Shown here one piece after another: positions 21,239 to 30,666 of a stretch of 32,194 nucleotides of DNA. The stretch's first letter is position 1, and every line of letters starts with the position of its first letter. The DNA is from Octopus bimaculoides (lineage: Eukaryota). The position numbers were made by a program, and so were the translations under genes. The notes beneath the pieces are model-generated. The model saw only the letters and a list, made by a program, of their open reading frames with translations, made no database searches and had not been told where the DNA came from. The DNA lies in assembly GCF_001194135.2 (NCBI RefSeq), contig NC_068981.1, forward strand, positions 115,070,676-115,102,869. The letters run 5' to 3'.

Positions 21239-21594
21239 TCTACTTCTGTGAACCAAAGATTTTTTCTTATTGCTCTAGCTTGATCACATAATCTCTGTTC
21301 CGTGAGTAGAAACAATCTCTTTTCTCGCCAATGATCATACATACGTTGTAGGTAACCCCTCATTTGAGCACCATTTTCATCTACCGGGATGCTCAGGTAG
21401 TAACACTCCATGACCACAGCATTAATTTGCTTGCTCCATCTACGCCGTGTGTGGTGGTCCCTTTCTGGATATCGACAGGCTGGAACCGGACCAGAATCTC
21501 TGAGCCTACCGGGTGCAACACTGTCACCATCAATGGCTTCACTTTCATTACCACCGTTACTCACAATATTTTGTATTTTTTCATTGTCACTCAT
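21235..21594 (-). pseudogene. N-terminal fragment of a Dong/R4-clade (RLE) non-LTR retrotransposon ORF
   Basis: RRRWSKQINAVVMECYYLS.PVDENG..MRGY.QRM...W......TEQRLCDQARAIRKN.W.TEVEL resembles the Myb-like N-terminus I recall from R4/Dong-type ORFs. Confidence 0.65.
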
Positions 21595-22318
21595 ATAAGG
21601 TAGCGATTATCAGGTCGTGCAATTACCAGTGTTTTTATTGTGACACCATCACTAGATGTATCATTAATTAGCCAATGGGGAGGCTCCACCTGTTTCCTTT
21701 CATAATTATCATTATCATCACTGATATCACTGATATTATTGTTTTTTATTGTAGTAGCAGCAGTGGTTGCAGCAACAACAACAGTAGCAAGGGTGGCGGT
21801 AGTGGTAAAGGTGTTAGTTGGGCCTCAGATTCATAATAGTAGTAGTTGTAGTATTATTGTAGTATTAGTAGTATTTAGTATTAGCAGCTGCAGCACGTTA
21901 TTATCATTTTTATTTTTATCATTATCACCATCACCACCACTACCATTGTTATTATCATTATTACTATTTCCATTTTTTATTAAAAGATTTTACTAAATGT
22001 TCTTTATTTTCAACTTTTGTTTTGTACTTGAGATCATAAATATGTGGTTGTTAGAGGAAATAGTTGGGTAGCAGCTTGGTGAATAGATCATATTCTACAG
22101 GTCTATAAATAAATTCGGCAGATGGTGGGAAGGTCAGCCATAGAAACAAAAGAATCTTCGCACCCTTTGGGTCAGCAGAAGTCAAAAGTGTTTACTACTA
22201 CCAGTGGCCACTGAGAGCGCTGCCTTGAAAAGAAGCAATTCAACCCGTTCTATTTGTAATTACTCGTAGTAAAAACAATACTACTAATAAAAACAACAAC
22301 AACAACAATAATAATATG

Positions 22319-22322
<4 letters not shown>

Positions 22323-22369
<47 letters not shown>
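22323..22369. repeat. (TTA)n microsatellite
   Basis: Direct reading. Confidence 0.95.
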
Positions 22370-22370
<1 letters not shown>

Positions 22371-22758
22371 GTTGTTTTTTTCTTCTTTCTTCAAATTTTC
22401 TTCCATTTCTCGCTGAGTGTTTTCCGTACACCTAGGGCAGAGAAACTCAGTGTATGCATTCCCAGTTTACACACGCAAATTCACAGGCAAAATATGTATT
22501 TAAAAAAAAAAATTAATAAATGAAAAAATTGGCGGCCAGTTTTAGTTTAAAGTAATAGTGTATTCAGATTAAAAAGCAAATATACGTATAAATTAAATGA
22601 ATGTAAACTCATTACACGCAAATTACATATTTTAAACATAGTGCTATAGCGTTGTACAGAATATGTATGTGTGTGTGTGAGAGAGATACAGAGAGAGAGA
22701 GAGAGGGAGTGTGTGTGTGTGTGTGNNNNNNNNNNAGATACAGAGAGAGAGAGAGAGG

Positions 22759-22799
<41 letters not shown>

Positions 22800-23466
22800 G
22801 GAGAGAGAGAGAGAGAGAGCCTAACAGTAATTTAAATCGAACTTGTATCTGCTTTGTCGACCTGAAATGAATGATTTACTTGCATAGGAAATAAAGCATA
22901 CGGCATGACAGCTGAATATTCGTTTTAACAGAGAGAATTAAATTAAATGAATGTAAAATCATTAAATGTAAGATAACCAACAATATCAGAAACATCAGTA
23001 GATAAGGAGAATAGTATTAACATAATAGAGTGTATATAAGGCAGAAGTATTTGCGCTGAAGTGTCAACTACAATATAAGTTTGATTATCACTAAACCTTC
23101 GTATATTAAATTGTAAATTCTTTACATATCTGCAATCGGTCGGCGAACAAAATCCAACACACACACATACACACACATGCAATATACATACAAACATACG
23201 TTTGTATGCACATATGCATACATGTATGCGCAAACGCACAGTCACGTGTGTGTGTGTATATGTATATGTATTCAAATTAATTCATCGCGAAAATTTTTAT
23301 AAAATTAATCACTAAGATGTCCTAAATTTAAACGTATAGAATAATTATCAATCAAATATATTCACAAGCAATATCGAAAAGTATGGTTTCATTTAAGCAT
23401 CTGCACGCGTGAATAAAAGTTTCTGTACATATTTGTGTGTGTGTGTATATATGTATATACATATGT

Positions 23467-23654
23467 GGAGGCGCAATGTCCCAGTGGTTAGGCCAGCGGA
23501 CACGCGGTCACAGGTTGGCGGTTTTGATTCCCGGGCGTTGTGAGTGTTTACTGAGCGAGAACACTTAAAGCTCCAAAAAAACTCTGGCAGGGGGTGGTGG
23601 TGAACCCTGCTGTACTCTTTCACCACGAATTTCTTTCACTCCTTCTTCCTGTTT
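23467..23654 (+). mobile_element. SINE family O (tRNA-like head), continuing at 23894-23922 after a nested insertion
   Basis: GGAGGCGCAATGTCCCAGTGGTTAGG (A-box-like), GGTTTTGATTCCC (B-box-like), then GGGCGTTGTGAGTGTTTACTGAGCGAGAACACTT. Confidence 0.75.
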
Positions 23655-23893
23655 TCTATTTCTTTATTGCCCACAAGGGGCTAAACATAGTGGGGACAAA
23701 CAAGGATAGACAATGGGATTAATTAAGTCAATTACATTGACCCCAGAGCGTAACTGGTACTTAATTTATCGACCCCGAAAGGATGAAAGGTAAAGTCGAC
23801 TTCGGTGGAATTTGAACACAGAACGTAAAGACGGACGAAATACTGCTAAGCATTTCGCCTGGCGTGCTATCGTTTCTGCCAGCTCGCCGCCTT
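23655..23893 (-). mobile_element. SINE family M, tail type C, full length with 12-bp TSD
   Basis: TSD TTCTTCCTGTTT at 23643-23654 and 23894-23905. Confidence 0.85.
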
Positions 23894-24110
23894 TTCTTCC
23901 TGTTTCTGTTGTACCTGTATATAAGTACACACATAACAATATATTTATGTTTGCAAGTATTAAAATGTGTATACAATCATACACACATATGGGTGTGTAT
24001 GTGCTTGTATGTGGGCGCGCGCGCATGTGTATGTGCGTATGCATCCGTGTGTATTCATGCGAAAGTGTATTGGATTATACATACAATCATTCGTAACATT
24101 TGCTGACATA

Positions 24111-24341
24111 TTTCTTTACTACCCACAAGGGGCTAAATATAGAGGGCACAGACAATGAAAAACGAAGAGATTATGTTAATTACATCGACCCCAGTGCGTA
24201 ACTGGTACTTAATTTATCGACCCCGAAAGGATGAAAGGCAAAGTCGACCTCGGCGGAATTCGAACTGAGAACGTAAAGACAGTCGAAATACCCCGAAGCA
24301 TTTCGCCCGGCGTGCTCACGTTTCTGCCAGCTCGCCGCCTT
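24111..24341 (-). mobile_element. SINE family M, tail type C, full length
   Basis: Minus strand reads AAGGCGGCGAGCTGGCAGAAACGTGAGC...AGTTCGAATTCCGCCGAGGTCGACTTTGCCTTTCATCCTTTCGGGGTCGATAAATTAAGTACCAG. Confidence 0.85.
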
Positions 24342-24617
24342 TAGTAACATTGGTAATTATTAATAACATTAGTTGTCTATTACTTCTATGTTTCCTTGTA
24401 ACTTAATTGCTGAAATGATGTGTGCAGTACGTTCATATCAATATTTACAGATAAGCTAACAACTGTAGTTACGTGCACAGGTGTGTGCCACAATAACTAA
24501 GTCTTTTGGTGAGGTGGNNNNNNNNNNNNNNNNNNNNNNNNNNNNNNNNNNNNNNNNNNNNNNNNNNNNNNNNNNNNNNNNNNNNNNNNNNNNNNNNNNN
24601 NNNNNNNNNNNNNNNNN

Positions 24618-24653
<36 letters not shown>

Positions 24654-25856
24654 CACACACATACACACACACATGCATATAAACGCAAATGCCCCCACAC
24701 AGACCCGATTTGAGACGTTGACTGCTCAGGTATTCACAGGGAGGCGGATCACTATTTACAAAAATGTTGAATTACAGAAGGCATTTCTTTAATTGAAAAC
24801 TATAGTTCTGTGTGTGTGTGTATGTGTAACAATGAGTTATACTCATATCAATGAAAACAGCTTTCTGCACTTAATGAATATATTGCGAGATTGGGGTAGT
24901 GATAGTGGTGGTGATTACACAGGCCATGCAAGTGCACGCACGCGCACACACAAAATCTTGCAAAATAACAAAAACAAATTAAATAAAATACCTTTAATAC
25001 CCTTTCAACGTCCTGCTTCCTAAATGTCTGTCCCTTCCTCTCTCTTGTAATACATACACAAACTCAAATACCAAATTAAACAAAAATAATAAATAAGTGC
25101 TATTTATATAGTGAATTTGTTACTACTAAACATGTCGTCGCATCTCTTCAGCTTACTTCTTAAATGTCTGCTTTCATTTGGATGGTAATTTCCTTCAAAA
25201 TATTATATTCACAACAGCGACAACAAAACAAAAACTGTCGACGCTGAAACAAATTAAAGAAACATAAAAAGAAGTTGAAACATCTCTCCACTCTTCCCCT
25301 CAAACCATCCTCATGTTAAGTGATGACATTTTGTCAATTTAATATTTTTTACAGTGTCGTGATTTTCAAGTCAAGAAACGGGGAGAGTATATTCTATACG
25401 TCTTATTTTACCCTTTTAAAATGTTCTCATCTGCTGTTTTTTGTTTGNNNNNNNNNNNNNNNNNNNNNNNNNNNNGGGGGGGGGGGAGATTGCCTTATAT
25501 ACCTCCGGGGTCGATGAAATAAAAAAAAGAAAAGCCAATCAAGTAATGAGGTCATTGCTATCAACAAACACCTTCCCATCAAATTACTGGTCTCATGCCA
25601 AATTTAGAAACAGTTCACAGTAACTGATAATCTGGCCAAGGAATGCAATCGTGATGATGATGATGATGATGATGATGAAGATAATGATGATGGTGATGAT
25701 GACGATGGTATTGATGCTACTTAACCGGAGTCCATACAGATCGAGCAGAAATTTGATCAAAGGTGCTTAAACAGTGACCATCCAGCTTTTTTTTTTGTTT
25801 TTTCAATACCATGATTTTGTTTAAAACATACTCCTATTTTTTTCTATGATTCAAGA

Positions 25857-26109
25857 CAGTGGTTCCCAATGGGGGTCTATATGACCCTTAGGGGTCCATA
25901 TAAGATTTTCTTGTTAAAATTTATGTGCAATAAATTGCATATATTTCTACAATAGACAAAATATTTTAATTTTTTGATACAATTCCAGATTATATTTAAT
26001 CATAAAAAATCAGTAGGATTCTTTTTATATACATTGGATGGCTGTGGAGGTCCAGTGGAACAAAACAGGAATCAAAAGGATCCATAGGCAAAAAATGGTT
26101 GAGAACCAG
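25857..26109. mobile_element. hAT-type MITE
   Basis: TIRs CAGTGGTTCCCAA / TTGAGAACCA(--)G. 8-bp TSD ATTCAAGA (25849-25856) / ATTAAAGA (26110-26117) with 1 mismatch. Confidence 0.7.
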
Positions 26110-26264
26110 ATTAAAGACGTGATTTAAAGAATGTGATTTAAAGATTTCGTTACTATCTCGAGCAAGTTGATCGACCATAGAAAGGTTCTCTTTGGATCTT
26201 TGTGCCAGTGCTAGTATCAGTACTAGTGAAGAAGTGGGTTATATTGTTATGACATATTTCAGGA

Positions 26265-26385
26265 TGTTGGACTGGCCGGATTGTTCACGCGTCGATAAAA
26301 GCGTTTGCAGTATTTCTGCAGGTTCTTTAAAGTCAACTTTACTTTCAATTTTCTGGGGTCGATGAAATAAAGTAACAATGAAATG
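26265..26385 (+). mobile_element. Old diverged SINE family M copy
   Basis: AAGTCAACTTTACTTTCAATTTTCTGGGGTCGATGAAATAAAGTA resembles the family M core. Confidence 0.45.
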
Positions 26386-26912
26386 CTGAAATCAAAATAA
26401 GCGACTGTTGCTTCCTCAAATTTCTGTTCTCGTGCTTATACTAGAAATAATTGTTATATCAACATGTCAGAGTGATTTTGGATCTGTAGGATTTCTTGAT
26501 TAACTCTAACTGGGAGTCTTCCTTTGTCAAGGGGACTGTATCTTGACATCCATTTTTCGTGATTTTCTGTTTTAATGTCTACGTAAACTTTTAAAGTAAT
26601 TTCAGATGTTATTAGTTTTTTTAAAAAATAAAGCTTTGTTTTTTTCTGTATATTGTATCAGCTAATCAGATTATAGTGATTATCGGATTTGTTTTGCTCA
26701 ACAAAATAGAATGCTATGAATCAATGCTGACCTAATATTAGTAAAGGTAAAATAGCGGCCAATATGAAGTTTATTTAATAGTCGTTGGCAACTCTGACAA
26801 ACGGCGTGACCTTGAAAATCTGTGTACACGATTACTAGCTGATGCTTTAGTGCTGTTTTAGTAGTTCCAGAGGTTAGTCGTTGGTGATATTTACTTATAA
26901 ACTCCATTCAAA

Positions 26913-28556
26913 ATGAATGCATAAAGACGGAAATGCGTGAACAATCCAGATATATTCTGCTACATTTGTGACAGGTACAAAATATAACTGATCTTGTGAA
27001 AAAAGCTACGCTTCGCGTATTTTGGTGTTAAACTCAGTGATGAAGACAAACCTTAGGCTCCACACAAAGTATGTCGCACTTGTGTGGAAAGGCTGAGCAA
27101 AAAAAAAAAAAAAGAAATGCTCTTAGGAATACCAATGGTGTGGCGAGGTCTGAGTAACCATGTTGACGATTGTTATTTCTGCATTATTAAAGCTGATGGG
27201 TACAGTGCAAAAAATAAACATAAGATAGTATATCATAGTATTCTCTCGGTTATACGGCCTACTGCACATGGGGTTGACATTCCAGTTCCTCTCTCCCCAC
27301 TTGTTTTGTTACGTCAGATAGTGATGAAGAAGACAAATGTGAAGAAGAGGATGATGACTATTCTCCTGACGAAATGGAAAGTTTGCAGTTATTTACACAG
27401 AAAGAGTTCAATGATTTGGTGAGAGATTTGAACCTACCAAAGGATGCAGCGAAACCTCTTGGTTCTAGGTTAAAAATGAAAAAGCTTTTATTACCGGGAA
27501 CATTCTTCTCTTGGTGTCGTCACACAGAACACAAGCTGTTATCATTCTTTGCTGAGGATGAATCAATGGTGTTTTGCTGTAATATTCCAAAGTATTTTGC
27601 TAAACTATTTTAAGATCAAGAGCAATCGCTCAGAAGGGAGGCTATTCATTGATTCCTCCAAACGGAGTTTGAAGGCTGTCTTGCTACATAATGGAAATAA
27701 GTATTCATCCATTCCAGTGGCACATTCTGTACAATTAAAGGAGAGTATAAAGATGTAAAAAAAAATATTGGTTAAATATAAAGTATGCAGAATACCACTG
27801 GCAAGTGTGTGGAGATTTAAAAATAGGCAAGCTTTTAGGTCAGCAGGCAGGCTACACAAAAATACCATGTCTCTTATGTGAATGGGACAGCAGGGCTAAA
27901 GAAAAGCACTGGATGGTTAAAAACTGGCCACAAGAAGAAGTTTGTTACTTGGATCCAAAACATTCAGCACGAGCCCTTGATTGAACCTACAAAAGTACTG
28001 CTACCACCTTTGTATATCAAACTGGGTTTGATGAAACTATTCGGTAAATCTTTGCCTGCAGATGGACCATGTTTGCAGTATCTAAAAAAAATCCCAAATA
28101 TAACCAGTGAGAAAATTAAAGCAGGAATATTTGTTAGTCCTGACATTCGTAAACTAGTGAAAGACCCAGATTATAAGAAATCCTTGTATGAATCTCAAAA
28201 ACAGACATGGGTAAGCTTCAAGTGTGTTGTCTAGAACATTTTGTGAAGCAATAAGTGCTCAAATTACAAAATCATAGCTGATACCATATTGCAAATCTTC
28301 AAAAGCTTGGGGGCAAATCTTCAAAAGCTTATTAAAATGCACGTTCTTCACTCACACCTCGACTATTTCCCGGAGAATCTTGGCAATTTAAGTGAAGAGC
28401 ATGGTGAGAGATTTCACCAGGACATTAAAGAAATAGAGCGGAGGTGCCATGGGAGGTGGTATGCACCAGATGAGGTGGAATTACTCTCTAAAGAGAGACT
28501 GCAAGCAACTACCGCGCGGAAGGAAATCAAAGAAAAGGAAATTTGAAAAGGACTAA
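26913..28556 (+). pseudogene. Near-full-length Chapaev-type (Chapaev3-like) DNA transposase, frameshifted
   Basis: Motifs in order: RKCVNNPDIFCYIC, APHKVCRTC, GIPMVWR..SNHVDDCYFC, FTQKEFNDLVRDLNLPKDAA, RLFIDSSKRSLKAVLLHNGNKY, WQVCGDLK..LLGQQAGYTKIPCLLCEWDSRA, PPLYIKLGLMK, HSHLDYFPENLG..SEEHGERFHQDIKEIERR, SLKRDC...RKSKKRKF. Family name is from recalled motifs. TIRs not confidently located. Confidence 0.8.
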
Positions 28557-29778
28557 AATAACTTTAAAATCATGATAAGTGCATTAAAAATATATATTTA
28601 GTCAATATGTAGGCCTACATATATTAGTCATATCCTTTTATTATTGTTCTAGTTCTTAATTTCATCATACTTTTATCTAGATGTCTGTCACAAAAGGGAA
28701 TGAACGACTAGAAAAATTGTCATATCTTTGACAGCCATTTGTGCAAAATCTGTACGTGGTAGGCAAAAATTAAGAACATATTTGAAATCAACATAAAAAA
28801 CTGGTTTATAATCACCTATAAGTAAATAATCATTTACTTCGTTTAAAAATGCAGATTTGTGCAATTTATAAAACATTTGTAAGCACGGAATCCTCTCAGA
28901 TGACATTAAGGGAGGATTCTCACGAAGGCTGTAGCAACATTTACGCCTCCGCCCAATGAATTCGATAGGTTAAAAAAGAAAAAGATAGAAAAGAAAAAAT
29001 GATATATTTGAAAACAGAAAACACTCATCTGTACCATTTCACTTACACACACCATCCAAACACGCTGACACAGCTTCCTCACGCACACGCGCACACACAC
29101 ATACTTTCTTGCAGCCACTCCTCTCCACACATTTTCACTTATACACAAATATTTATACTCACATGCATCCTTCTGTCTACCTACCATTTTGTTTCTTTTA
29201 CACATGCACCTTTATTCATCTACCATCTTGCCTCTTTGATACACACTGGCACACGGACATACATACCTATATTCACCTAGTCTTCTCTCTCTCTCTCTCT
29301 TTCTCTATCTCTATCTCTCTCTCTCACACACACACATACGCACACACAAACTGTCATTCTTATGCATATGTTCTACTCTTTGATCGTTCATTCCCTTCAC
29401 TTATACATACACCCATACACACGAAAATACTCATACTTGCATTCTTTGAATCATATCTCCCTCTCTCCCCTCTCTCTTACTTTCTCTCTCTCTCACTTTC
29501 TCTTTCATCTGTCTACTTACTGTTTAACTTTCTCACCTTCATCCACTCATACGCCGCTTGTGCTGCCACTTCCTTGCCCTTGTAGCCATCTTCCTGGACA
29601 CCATTTTCCTCTTATTTTTCCACATTTTCTCTCTCATTTCTTAATTTAGCATAAGCTTTCTTTGCTTGTTATGTTTATAACAAAATGGATCAAGCAGAAC
29701 AAGAGGAGACACGTGGGGTAGTGAGTCTCTGAAGGGGTCACAAGATGTGTGATAAAAGATCTTTGACAAAGAAATTTA

Positions 29779-29780
<2 letters not shown>

Positions 29781-29828
<48 letters not shown>

Positions 29829-29844
29829 TAATAATAATAATAAT
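29781..29844. repeat. (AAT)n microsatellite at the 5' junction of an R4/Dong fragment
   Basis: Direct reading. Confidence 0.95.
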
Positions 29845-30600
29845 AAAGCAGAAACTGAAGGATTTTTAATTGTAGTACAAGACCAAAGCTTTCCCATCGG
29901 AAATTATCAAAAATATAATGAAAAGAAACACAAGTAACTGCAGAATATATGGAGATGGAGAAGAAACAATAAATTATATTGTCTCTGGCTGCCCAGTCCG
30001 GGCTAAGAAGGAATATATTCACAGGCACGACAGAGTTGGGACCTATATACACTGGGAGTTATGCCAACACTATGGAATAACAAGAGAAAAAATGGTATAA
30101 TCACACGCCTGAAAAGATCACAGAAAATCAGAAAGCAACCATACCTTAGGATATGCCAATAGTACAGATAAAGAAATTAAGGCCAATAGGCCGGATATAG
30201 TCGTTAGAGATCATCAAGAAAAAAATGCTTTCTAATCGATTTATCAATACCAACAGATGGCAATGCTTCTCTAAAAGAAAAGGAGAAACTTTCAAAACAC
30301 AAAGATCAGTAAATAGAGGTAACTTGAATTTAGATCCTATAAATAGAAATAGTTCCTATCATAGTAGGCGCATTAAGTATGATAAAAACATATTCAGACA
30401 TACATAACAAACACACCAGGACTAACAAGTATATATAACATACAGAAAATAGCACTACTAGGTGCTGCACACATCCTACGTAAAACACTTTCAATACAGT
30501 AAAAATAAGGGCATCACAACAAACCACAGCACTTACCCAAGGCACACAGAGCTGTGCTCGGTAGTGCATTAAAAGCACGTGACAAAAATAAGACTACTGA
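29845..30600 (+). mobile_element. 5'-truncated Dong/R4-clade LINE (zinc knuckle, RLE endonuclease, 3' UTR), copy 1
   Basis: KAETEGFLI..QDQS, CRIYGDGEETINYIVSGCPV..KKEYIHRHDRVG.YIHWELC, KANRPDIVVRD. Frameshifted. Ends in (GAT)n(AAT)n. Confidence 0.85.

Positions 30601-30663
<63 letters not shown>

Positions 30664-30666
<3 letters not shown>

Noticed and set aside
22684-22785. Direct repeat on both sides of a 10-N gap
   Set aside because: Most likely overlapping contig ends, an assembly artefact.
24230-24341. tRNA genes at SINE heads (also 23467-23535 and 13290-13364)
   Set aside because: They have A/B-box-like motifs but no convincing cloverleaf, and they continue into SINE bodies.
24093-24352. 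GTAACATT as TSD of the 24111-24341 SINE
   Set aside because: The left copy lies about 10 bp away from the element end, so it may be chance.
26690-28870. Candidate Chapaev TIRs (TTGCTCAACAAAAT vs GATTTGTGCAA)
   Set aside because: Complementarity is too short and there is no clear CAC...GTG terminus or TSD.
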